Part shown: positions 13,023-24,445 of the stretch, piece after piece
Layout of the letters: each line of letters opens with the position of its first letter
Position numbering within the stretch: position 1 is the first letter of the stretch
Origin: Macrostomum lignano
Lineage: Eukaryota
Length of the DNA: 64,000 nt
Reading direction: 5' to 3'
NCBI GenBank assembly: GCA_002269645.1
Contig: NIVC01001762.1
Span: forward strand, 62,001-126,000
The notes under the pieces: generated by a model
The model's database searches: none
Told to the model about the DNA's origin: nothing
The model's input: only the letters and a program-made list of their open reading frames with translations
Program-made: the position numbers and the translations under genes

Positions 13023-13523
13023 TCACCTCTTCGAATTCCCAGCGACTCCGCAGTCGCTTAGCTCGCCAACTCCTCCCTCGGCAGCGGCGGCGGCTTCGCA
13101 GCCGGTCTCGCAGCTGGCCTCGGCGCCCAGCCTCAGCGGCAGAGTCAGCTGTGCCGCGGCCCCCTCCCGCCGAGCCGCCAGCTGGCCAAGCAGCCGCAGG
13201 TGCCGCCGCCTGAGCAACCAGTCGCGGAGCCGGCAGACGAGCGCGCCGAGCCCCAGCAGGCCGAGCATCGCCAGCAGGCACAGCGCCGTCCTGGCGCCGT
13301 CCCACGGATCATAGTGCAGCTGTTCGACTCTCGACTTCACCGAGTTGCTGCGATAGAATCTGCCCAGCTCGTCGTAGGAGATCAACCGGCCCTCCGGGTA
13401 AGCCGCAGGCGCCGGGAGGGTCCGCCAGCTGGCATTCAGCGAAGGCATTGCAGCCGTGCAGCATAGCTCGGCCCAGCCTGTGCCGCCCTGTTTAACTGTA
13501 GCCTGCAGGCGGGCCGGATCCAA
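13023..13523 (-). CDS. Small single-pass membrane protein, unknown family (first in-frame ATG 13448; probable donor at 13026; candidate downstream exons 12438-12408 and 11306-11237)
   Basis: GC-rich ORF with hydrophobic segment ALCLLAMLGLLGLGALVC followed by basic RLRDWLLRRR; AG|GTGAGA donor at the ORF end. The track start is a TTG. Confidence 0.6.
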   Translation of the reverse strand: MDPARLQATVKQGGTGWAELCCTAAMPSLNASWRTLPAPAAYPEGRLISYDELGRFYRSNSVKSRVEQLHYDPWDGARTALCLLAMLGLLGLGALVCRLRDWLLRRRHLRLLGQLAARREGAAAQLTLPLRLGAEASCETGCEAAAAAEGGVGELSDCGVAGNSKR

Positions 13524-14174
13524 TGGCCGCGCCGCTCCGAGAGGGGAGAAGGGAGGGGCCGTGGAGGACTAGAAGCTAGAAGTCTTGGTGAGGGGTTTCC
13601 CCTACACTCATTTTTAATTTCTCGTTTTAAATTCGTTTTAATCAAGCATGAGACCAACACTGGAGCAGATTATGCTCTTGTTATACTCTGATGCATCTTG
13701 AAAGATTGTTCGATTCTTACTAATTTCGTATTCGACACCTTGCAATCGGAATAATATAAGTCGCTTTTTGAAACTTGCGGGACTCCTTGGATTGCAGGGG
13801 AGGCGGGCTTGGGAACAAAAATAGACACGTGGCATCGCAACAATGGGATTCTGCAGGGGAGGCCAGATGGGAGAAATTCTGCATTTACGGGCTGCTGTTT
13901 GAATCCCACTGCCAAGGCTGCAGTTGAGGAGGGCGGCAGCTGCCAGCCGAGCCAATATTCTCTTCGAGCAAAATCTGGCGACTCAACGCAACATTTTCTG
14001 CTTTTTAAAATTCTCTTTGCAGAACTGAGCTGCCGTGCCTAACAATGGCACCGCGTTGAGCTGAGATCTGTTGATTGAAATACACGGCGCACTGCTATGG
14101 AATTGCAGGCTTCTCATTATCGCATCTGCGCATTGCCTCACTCTGCTCTGCTCACATCTGCTCTCAAATCTGGA

Positions 14175-15130
14175 TCTCTCCCTCTCCCCCTCACCCTCTC
14201 TCCCTCTCTCCCTCTCTCCCTCTCTCCCTCACCCTCTCTCCCTCTCTCCCTCTCACTCTCGATTCCTCTCTCCCTCTCTCCCTCTCTCCCTCTCCCCCTC
14301 TCTCCCTCACTCCCTCTCTCCCTCTCTCCCTCTCCCCCTTACCCTCTCTCTCCCTCTCTCCCTCTCTCCCTCTCTCCCTCACCCTCTCTCACTCTCTCCC
14401 TCTCACTCTCTCTCCCTCTCTACCTCTCTCCCTCTTCCCCTTACCCTCTCTCCCTCACTCCCTCTCTCCCTCTCCCCCTTACCCTCTCTCCCTCTCTCCC
14501 TCTCTCCCTCTCCCCCTTACCCTCTCTCCCTCTCTTCCTCTCTCCCTCTCCCCTTACCCTCTCTCCCTCTCTCCCTCTCCCCTTACCCTCTCTCCCTCTC
14601 TCCCTCCCTCTCTCCCTCTCTCCCTCTCTCCCTCTCTCCCTCTCTCCCTCACCCTCTCTCACTCTCTCCCTCTCACTCTCGATTCCTCTCTCCCTCTCTC
14701 CCTCTCTCCCTCACCCTCTCTCCCTCTCTCCCTCTCACTCTCTCTCCCTCTCTCCCTCTCTCCCTCTCCCCCTTACCCTCTCTCTCCCTCTCTCCCTCTC
14801 TCCCTCTCACTCTCTCCCTCTCTCCCTCTCCCCCTCACCCTCTCTCTCCCTCTCTCCCTCTCTCCCTCTCCCCCTCACCCTCTCTCTCCCTCTCTCCCTC
14901 TCTCCCTCTCTCCCTCTCCCCCTTACCCTCTCTCTCACTCTCTCCCTCTCTCCCTCTCTCCCTCACCCTCTCTCCCTCTCTCCCTCTTCCCCTCACCCTC
15001 TCTCTCTTTTCCTTCTCACTCTCGATCCCTCTCTCCCTCTCTTCCCCTCTTGCTCTACTCCCTCTCTCCCTCTACCTCTCTTTCTCTTCCTCTCCCCTCT
15101 CCCTCTCCCCATCTTCCACCCACTTTCTCA
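14175..15130. repeat. CT-rich polypyrimidine repeat (CTCTCTCCCT)n
   Basis: Direct reading. Confidence 0.95.
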
Positions 15131-17136
15131 TTATTTCTTCTCTTTTTATCTTGTCTCCCATTTTCTCCAACTGTTTTCAATCCTCTCTCTTCAATTCGCA
15201 TTCATCCTTAAGCATTATATTATCTCCGAGTGGCCCCCGCAGCACTCCAGAACCCAGTTAACCTGTTTTGCGCACCCATTTGCGCTCGCAGCATCCCGCC
15301 CCCTCTGCACCCTCTCCCCTCAATTCGTGCGCGTATCCTCGGTGACCTCGAACCCCCCCCGCCCCTAGCTTCGTCTCTCTGGCTTCTGGCATGCAACCAG
15401 CGTAAAAATGCCACCAATGCATCCCATAGAATCGGAGAGGACAGGGAGACAGAGATAGGATAAGATGTGCAAGGCTAATGGCGCAGCTGGGAGGCTGGCC
15501 GCGCACCGTAGTAGCCCTCAGGTCAGGTGAATTATTCATATGAAAACTGTCAATTACAGCTCATATACTGGCATACCGCATGCAGTAGAAAGGGAATGAA
15601 ATTTTCGCGGTGGATTATTGTCCCGAAATTTTAATGCAGTTGAATCGCACAGTATAGCCTGCAGCATATGGCCAACGAAGATAAAAAATCTATTTCAGGT
15701 GTCAGGCCCTCGGTTCGCCCTTGGAGAGGGCGCTCCCCCACGTGCTTTAATCTGCTTTATGAACCAATTCACCGAATTCATGAAGGTGTAGGACTGATTT
15801 TTGTCAGACAAACTAACCATATACCTTTAGGGTCTACCATTCTAATCATGGATCCATGAACAGTGATTTACAATCCAAGGGAACTCCGTCTATAGTACTT
15901 TCAATATGCAGCTAAGAATCGTTTTACATATATATAATAAGAGATAATATACAGAATTTGTTCACTGTCACTTAAAAAAGTACAATTGCAATCTATTGAT
16001 AATTGCACATTTGAATCAATCTGAAGTCCAATGGGCCTGCCCCTGCGTATTTTGCTTGCGGGGGCCCATATGGCATACTGAGGGAAATTTATGAGCACAG
16101 AGTCTCCCGGATTGTTGAGGGCATAGTCTTGCAGTCTGCAAGGTATCGGTGGTCCGAAAGTTCCATGTTGTCACCCGAATGACTTGCCTCGATTCCCCTA
16201 AGGATGTGTATACTGTAGCTATGGACAACTCCAATTTATTTACGTATACTTCGTTGGACCACCACGAAATACCATATACATGTGTTGTACTATACAAAAT
16301 GTATACATTACAATGTATACAAAAACTAACATAATGGACAAATTAAAATACAACATAGTAAAAAACACCGAGTCGAAATTATAGAATTTTATTTATTACT
16401 CTACTGGCAGTGGAAATAGAAGAAAAATACGCTAAGAAAAGAATCTATAAATACATTTCCAATTACATGTACTGTTCAACTAAATTAATAAATATTTCAG
16501 TCACTAACATATAAATACATGATACCACGGTCTTGGCTAGTAGGCGACTGTCGACCTGCAGTCATTTTTATCGTTGAACCACTGATAATGCTGCTGAAAC
16601 TCTGACTCGGTTAAACTTCTAGCTAATTAAGCCTTAAGCGCCGATAAATTAATGACATGTGCTGTTTAATTTAATTCATGTAAAATTAAAAGTACATGTA
16701 TGTCCTCTATCTGAGCATACAACAAATCGATAAGATTCTTAAATATCGAGTATTTGGAGTTCTAAAAAAAATCTGTATACTCTACTACAATTTTTTTCAC
16801 CAGGTAGTACCTAAGACAGATTTAAACTTATTTATGCAAAAATACTGTTGTGAGGCAGTGCTGTGTATCTTTTCGTAATCAGTTCTACACTCTAGCTCAT
16901 AAGTTAGGCATAAGGCAAAAAGCTTCTTAAAATCAAATATTTATCTTTCAGTATAAGTTAAACAGACATGGCATTTATTCTGCAAAAAATACTTGTTTTA
17001 TTTTATAAACAGCACCGAATTGATTTAAAGTAAAAAATCACATTTTATATAAATGCATGTTATCAGGTTGTCGTAGATCACTGTTTTTGGATCGACGATA
17101 GAATCTGCCATTTGTATTCAGTCTTGAAGACATACT

Positions 17137-20100
17137 ATGATATTATTTAAGGCTTTTCTGGCCTTGCTTTTAACCGGCTTTCACGTTTCTCTGTGCGAAA
17201 AATGTGGACCAGAATCGTTTGTGATAAAAAAGCATTCCATTATTCGCACCCAGGATTCCATTGCCAATGGTGCGTCTGTAATCCGATCGATACGCACTAA
17301 GACAAAAGAAGATTGTGAAAGGAAATGCTGTGAATCTGCGGATTGCACAGCTGCAATTTTTGAAGTTGCGGTATGTTGATTTGCAATAATATTTCAGTTT
17401 CGGCTCCTACCTTTTAATTTATTTTCTGCTAAGCTTCTTCTAATGAGCATGTCTAATTAGTTCAATTAAAACATAAAAAATCTTGAATTTGAATAGATTT
17501 TTTGTATTTAGTTATAGTTAAATCTGAGCTTTAAAAATATTTTTTGATATACCAACTATTCATGTAATATACTATTGTTATTTTAAGTATCACATATATA
17601 AAGTATTAAAAAGCTATTTACAAATCTAATAGTATTTTATACTGTATATAATACTTATAAACGAAGTAAACATTCATTTTTTCTCTTATTTCACTTCATT
17701 AAAACAGAACAAAAACCTGTGCTACCTATTCAACTGTGGAATTGCTGCTACCTTATGCAACTTTGAAAGCCATAATCGCTATGTGGCAGCTGTGCGGATG
17801 GCAATAATCCCTCCTACTCATAGCCAGACTAAAGACTCCAAGGCATCTATGGCTATAACTGCTAAACCCACACTGGCTAATAGTAAGTATGTTTCTTTAT
17901 ATAAAAGTGTATAAATATCACAATTAATTTCTATGCTAAAAATTGCTTACCATAGCTTGCTTAGCATATTTGTTGAGATTTAAAAAAAACTTTGTTATTG
18001 ATTGAAACAACAGCAATATATTTGCTTTATTGATTATGATGAAAAAATAATTAATTTTGCAATTGTGTCATTTTGTATTATTTTAATTAACTTTTTTTCA
18101 GCTTACCCATCTGCACTGAATATGTAAGAAAATTATGAGAAAAAACTTTTTTAACTTCTGGTTTCTGATTTGTTGCAAAATTGGCTTGTTCAAATTGTTT
18201 GACTGTTACCAAATTGGAATTTTTGGTGCTGGATGCTTTGCTCATTTCTAACTGGTTTTGGTGCAGATAATGCTGTATACATTTGGTTGTTGGAACCTAA
18301 AAGGAGTTTAGAATGTTATATAAAAGTACATTGCTTGTTCATTTTGCATCGTTCGGCATGCTACTGGTAGTAGCGGAGCGGAGTTGTGTGACGCGCTGGA
18401 ATGCATGGAATCCATTGTTATTATTAAAACAATAGCAGTGTGACCTTTTTTCGGCGCGTTTTAAAACTGTTTGACTTTGTTCTCTGAGCAGATCCTGCGA
18501 CCACTCAGTTGCCGCCGCCTCCGCCGCCGCCGCCACCACAGCCGCCACAGCAGCAGCCGGCTCCGACTCAAGCTCCAGTTGCTACGCAACCGCAACCGCA
18601 GTTGCAGCCGCCGCAGCCGCAGCAGCAGAAGAAGCCGGCTTCAGTTTGTCGCTACCCGGACCTACAGTTCCAATGCCGGGACATCACCAAGGCGCCGCAC
18701 TGCATCGCCATCTACGACCGCTGCGACGGCGTTGTCCACTGCGGCGATGGCAGCGACGAGGTCGATTGCACGGCCGCTTCTGCCGCCTCCTCCTCTCCCG
18801 CCGCCGTTGCGACCGCCCCCGGAAGCGCTGAACAGTCCAAGAACTATGGTAAGTACTGCAGTATTCAATATTAGGGTACTAACTAGGCGACGAAGTATTT
18901 AGAGCATAGTTTACTCGCACTGTTTACCCTCGATTGATTCAATTTATTCCTGACTGCTTACAGCCGACGCCAAATCGATTTTGCAAGCTGCCGCCGCCGC
19001 CGCTGCCGAGGCATCCGCTCGAACCAAACAGCAGCAGCAGATCCTGCAACAACAGCAGCAACTGCAGCAGCAGCAGCAGCAGCACCACACGGGTAAGGTG
19101 GCTGAGCACCACATGCTGGCCCAGAGCGTCCCGACGCCGCTGCCCCCCGGCGGCCGAATGTCCGACCTGCCGCGCGCCCAAGGCAGCTTGCAGCTCAGCC
19201 GGGCGCCGGTGCTGGCCGAGGACCAGCTGCCGAATGGGCCGGACAGCTTTCTGAAAAACCCGGCGGCCTCCCGCTACGGCTTGGATGACGCCACCGCGGC
19301 CGAACTGCTGCTGAGGAAGTCGGCAGACGATTGGGGATCGTCGGACAAAACGGGGCAGCGGTGGCTGCCAGCCAGCGACAGGTCGCTGGATTATGACCAG
19401 CTGGCCAACAGGCTGGAGCCCGAGACCATCTACAACCTTGGTGAGTCATGCTGCGCCTGTCTGGTCATAGATCTGTGTGTGTGGTCATAGATCTGTGTGT
19501 TCATAGATCTGTGTGGTCATAAATCTGTGTGGTCATAGATCTGTGTGGTCAAAGATCTGTGTGGTCATAGATCTGTGTGGTCATAGATCTGTGTGGTCAT
19601 AGATCTGTGTGGTCATAAATCTGTTTGGTCATAGATCTGTGTGGTCATAGATCTGTGTGGTCATAGATCTGTGTGGTCATAGATCTGTGTGGTGGTCATA
19701 AATCTGTTTGGTCATAGATCTGTGTGGTCATAGATCTGTGTGGTCATAGATCTGTGTGGTCATAGATAATTTATTCGCTTTCCAGACAAAGCCGACAGGG
19801 CCGCCGCCGCGCTGGAAAAATCTGACGCAGCCGACGCCGATTACTACCGACTTGGCGCCGCCGCCTACGCCGACCGGGACCCCGACAGCGCTCCGCCTGT
19901 CAGCGCCTACGACGCCGCGCCCAGCTACGCCGACTGGAGCTCCGCCGAGTCGCAGCGACGGCGCCAGCGTCTCAAACAGCTGGCAGCCTCGGCCGCCGCC
20001 GCCACCGCCGCCGCTGACCCGCCGTGGAGGCCTCGGTCTTCGGGCAGAGCCGCTGAAATCGGCGAGCTGGACCTGCCGTCTGGTCGGCGGGCCAAGCAGC

Positions 20101-21195
20101 GAGCCCGCACTGCCGCCACCGAGGCGCCTCTGAGAGGTTGGAAATGCAGAATTTTTCTTTTAAAAGCTTCAACTTTTCCTGGAATTGGGTTGTTCTTATG
20201 ATTCTTAGAAATCTTTCATAGAAAGCTTAGTCTCTTACTTGTAGAGCTTTATCTCTTTCCTAGAAAGCTTAGTGTCTTTCCTAGAAAGCTTAGTGTCTTT
20301 CCTAGAAAGCTTAGTGTCTTTCCTAGAAAGCTTAGTGTCTTTCCTAGAAAGCTTAGTGTCTTTCCTAGAAAGCTTAGTGTCTTTCCTAGAAAGCTTAGTG
20401 TCTTTCCTAGAAAGCTTAGTGTCTTTTCTAGAAAGCTTAGTGTCTTTTCTAGAAAGCTTAGTGTCTTTCCTAGAAAGCTTAGTGTCTTTCCTAGAAAGCT
20501 TAGTGTCTTTCCTAGAAAGCTTAGTGTCTTTCCTAGAAAGCTTAGTGTCTTTCCTAGAAAGCTTAGTGTCTTTCCTAGAAAGCTTAGTGTCTTTTCTAGA
20601 AAGCTTAGTGTCTTTTCTAGAAAGCTTAGTGTCTTTTCTAGAAAGCTAAGTGTCTTTCCTAGAAAGCTTAGTGTCTTTTCTAGAAAGCTTAGTGTCTTTC
20701 CTAGAAAGCTTAGTGTCTTTCCTAGAAAGCTTAGTGTCTTTTCTAGAAAGCTTAGTGTCTTTCCTAGAAAGCGTAGTCTTTGGATTTTCGAAAACCACCA
20801 GGTTGCTTGTGTTTTCCGGAAATTACTACTGCTATTACTATTATTGTCATAATCAGATATGTATCGAAATCCATTTCAACACGTCAATCGCTGCAGACTC
20901 CAGCCGCAAGTCGACGCCGTCGAAGCCGCAGCCTCCGAAGCCGTCGAAGCCGCAGAAGCCGCGGCCGCCAGTCGGCCTGACCGGCCAGTCGCAGGCGGAG
21001 CTGGCCGAGCTGATGGAGAACTACCGGCAGTCCCGCACAGCCGTGGTCGCGCTCGCCCTGGGCCTGGGCCTCAGCCTGGTCGCTGTGCTGTTCCTGACCT
21101 GCCGCATCCGCCAGCTGAGGGCCCGGTTCCGGCGCGGCGGCAAAGCGCTGACCAGCGACGAGGCGGACTACCTGATCAACGGCATGTACCTGTGA
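17137..21195 (+). CDS. LRP11: LRP11-like type I membrane protein (signal peptide, MANSC, LDLa, TM); exons 17137-17370, 17708-17882, 18492-18848, 18964-19440, 19786-20136, 20897-21195
   Basis: MANSC cysteine pattern (CERKCCESADC...CYLFNC...CNFESH), LDLa (FQC...CIAIYDRCDGVVHCGDGSDE), TM segment, C-terminal DYLINGMYL as in LRP11. All phases consistent (0,1,1,1,1); donor at 20137 (GTTGGA) is weak. No PKD domain seen. Confidence 0.9.
19460..19767. repeat. 16-bp minisatellite GGTCATAGATCTGTGT (LRP11 intron 4)
   Basis: Direct reading. Confidence 0.95.
20205..20775. repeat. 21-bp minisatellite CTAGAAAGCTTAGTGTCTTTC (LRP11 intron 5)
   Basis: Direct reading; gives (SFLESLV)n ORFs. Confidence 0.95.
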
Positions 21196-21494
21196 GGAGA
21201 GGGCAAGGCTGATCCTGTTGGAAAGAGAATTTCGGAAGCTGATAAGGGAGACCTGAGCAACTCGTAATTCGCTTTGTTTATGTTTGAGCACGAATTGTGT
21301 TATTGATAAACTATATTTCTACTTTGCAATACAATTTGTTGTCGTGTTCAAGGAGCCGCGCAGTGGTAAAAGGATTTGCTGTGTATACACTTATGGCTCG
21401 GCTGGCTCGCAAGTTAAGCACAGTCGGCTGCGGTTAGTACGATTCTGCGATAGGGTAGCGGCTTTGGGTAAAGTAACCCTAGGAGCAGTCTCGG

Positions 21495-21937
21495 TTAGGG
21501 TAGCCCTAGAGTAGATAGGATAGTCCTAGGGTAGATAGGATAGTCCTAGGGTAGATAGGATAGTCCTAGGGTAGATAGGATAGTCCTAGGGTAGATAGGA
21601 TAGTCCTAGGGTAGATAGGATAGTCCTAGGGTAGATAGGGTAGCCATAGGGTAGATAGGGTAGCCATAGGGTAGATAGGGTAGCCATAGGGTAGATAGGG
21701 TAGCCATAGGGTAGCCATAGGGTAGCCATAGGGTAGCCATAGGGTAGATAGGGTAGCCATAGGGTAGATAGGGTAGCCATAGGGTAGATAGGGTAGTCCT
21801 AGGGTAGATAGGGTAGCCATAGGGTAGATAGGAAAGTCCTAGGGTAGATAGGGTAGCCATAGGGTAGATAGGGTAGCCATAGGGTAGATAAGGTAGCCAT
21901 AGGGTAGATAGGGTAGCCATAGGGTAGATAGGGTAGC
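21495..21937. repeat. 20-bp minisatellite GGGTAGATAGGGTAGCCATA
   Basis: Direct reading. Confidence 0.95.
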
Positions 21938-22772
21938 AGTTTTGTTCGCAATCTGTAGCCCTCAAACTGCACTGCCTTTAATTAAAGCGGGTGCGCCACA
22001 TTTATCAATATATTGGAGGTTGTGAAGTGTAGCAGCTCCTTTTATTACTGGTGGCAATTGGTTTATCCTTGGTTTCCTGTATCCGTGACGCCGCACTCAC
22101 CCCCTTTCTATCCAAACTCGTCCGTCAGTTGATATTTGACAGTTCGCTATGGAAAAATCTTTCTCCAGAAATATTATACATTCATTTTTGTGCCCTCGAC
22201 AAAATTCTGAGCATAATTTGCTTTGGATTCTACTTACATCGGCCATAAAACAGTAGCATGTTGTGTTTTGTCAGTTTATATTTTTTCAGCTGAATGAACT
22301 AAAGCAGCGAATATCTGAAATTCTAGTTACTAAGTCATTCTTCCTTTTTTTATCTTAACAGTTTTGTTAATAATAATGTGCAATAATTGTTTTTTTAAGT
22401 TTGATAATTTTTGGGATGTTTTGCGGTGTTTGAACTGACATTAACCAGGTTTCATAACAAAAAAGTACATTTTGAAATCGGATTTTATTATCTTTTCTGA
22501 CTACTATTCATTTTAATGAGTAGCGCTGAATGCGAACGGCTGGTAAAATTTATTTATCACCACTCATCTTTGTCTTGTTTTTTTTCTCTGGTCATCTCAG
22601 AACCTACGACTACAATATACCCTTCTATGTTATTGTTGTTGTTTTCTGGTCAAATATATTGAAAAATATGAAAACCACTATTTTTCGACGGCTCATCCAA
22701 ACAAACTTTCCATGAATTTTCAAGGATACCTGGTTTTTTATTTTGTGCCCCACTCAACTTCAGTCGGGCAGG

Positions 22773-23062
22773 CTAGCTTATCACGTGACTTCGGAGACTA
22801 ATGTACATTTGCTTTGGTCTAGATTTACTAGACTAGCTTATCACGTGACTTCGGAGACTAATGTACATTTGCTTTGGTCTACATTTACTAGACTAGCTTA
22901 TCACGTGACTTCGGAGACTAATGTACATTTGCTTTGGTCTACATTTACTAGACTAGCTTATCACGTGACTTCGGAGACTAATGTACATTTGCTATGGTCT
23001 ACATTTACTAGACTAGCTTATCACGTGACTTCGGAGACTAATGTACATTTGCTTTGGTCTAC
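22773..23062. repeat. 60-bp tandem repeat, about 5 copies, each with ATCACGTGAC
   Basis: TCACGTGAC at 22781, 22841, 22901, 22961, 23021. Confidence 0.95.
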
Positions 23063-23454
23063 ATTTACTAGTCTAGCTTATCACGTGACTTCGGAGACTA
23101 ATTTACAATTGCACCTGTCTAATTAGCAAATTGCTCATTTTCTTCAGTTAATTAACGAAAAAACGCAATAAAACAGGAAGCCAAAATTGATTAAACGATG
23201 TTGCAATATAAATTCGGGTTTACTGCAGTGCCGGAAACGTCAATTAAGAGTTCGCGTAGGTGTTTCACAATAGGTAATAAAAAATTGGCGCAATTCCAGG
23301 CCCATACGATAAGGTTTAGGACAGAAAAATAACGAAATTGACGCGCTTCAGAGAAGCCTGTGTGACAGTCTCTTGCTATGAATCACGAAGCGGTAAAAAA
23401 TAAAGAAGTGTAAATTATTTACTCGACTGCTTCGGCACTAAAGTACATTTGATC

Positions 23455-23547
23455 ACTTTGTCACTCGCCTGTCACCCGCTAGTCACTCGCCTGTCACTCG
23501 CTAGTCACTCGCCTGTCACTCGCTAGTCACTCGCCTGTCACTCGCTG
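23455..23547. repeat. 22-bp repeat GTCACTCGCCTGTCACTCGCTA overlapping the orphan-gene stop codon
   Basis: Direct reading. Confidence 0.85.
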
Positions 23548-24405
23548 GTTGGCAAATTCGGCGCCAAGACGATGGCGGTTCCGTTGGCGTCCAGCGCTGT
23601 CGCATTTCGAGCCGCTCCCGACTTCGCCTCGTGCTTGCCGCCGCCGGAGGAGGAGGCGGCGACGGCGGCTGGCGGGTTCAGCGAGTCGCCGCCAGCAGCC
23701 CAGAAGGAGCGCCTGACCAGCGGCGCGTTGAAGTCGAAGATGCAGGCGTGGGCAGCCGAGAACGGCCGGAGGGACATGCGGCGCAGGTACACCAGAAGGT
23801 CGTCGGAGACAAGCTGCACGCGGGCCCTGGGCCACTCGGCTCGCATGAGCAAATTGCCTGGCGGAGGGTGAGCGCAATTTGTGCACAGACCAATTAGAGA
23901 CCTCAAACTCTGATCACTGATCAGATAGAGACCTGTACGGACAAATAAAACCGACCTAGACGGACCAATCAGGAAGTGACATGTGCTGACCAATCAGAAA
24001 GCGACATGTGCTGACCAATCAGAAGGCGACATGTGCTGACCAATCAGAAAGCGACATGTGCTGACCAATCAGACGGTGACATGTGCTGACCAATCAAAAA
24101 GCGACATGTGCTGACCAATCAGAAAGCGACATGTGCTGACCAATCAGACGGTGACATGTGCTGACCAATCAGAAAGCGACATGTGCTGACCAATCAGAAA
24201 GCGACATGTACTGACCAATCAGAAAGCGACATGTGCTGACCAATCAGAAAGCGACATGTGCTGACCAATCAGGTAGAAAGAGACCTATACCGGCTAATAG
24301 GTAATGACCCCGTACGGACCAATCAGTCACAGACGCAGTCATCTTCACTCTCTTCTAGAAGCTTCAGCTCACCATTGAGATCCACCAAGGCCACCAGGCA
24401 GAGGC

Positions 24406-24445
<40 letters not shown>

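Noticed and set aside
23572-23871. 99-aa plus ORF and other antisense GC-rich ORFs
   Set aside because: Shadow frames of real minus-strand exons.
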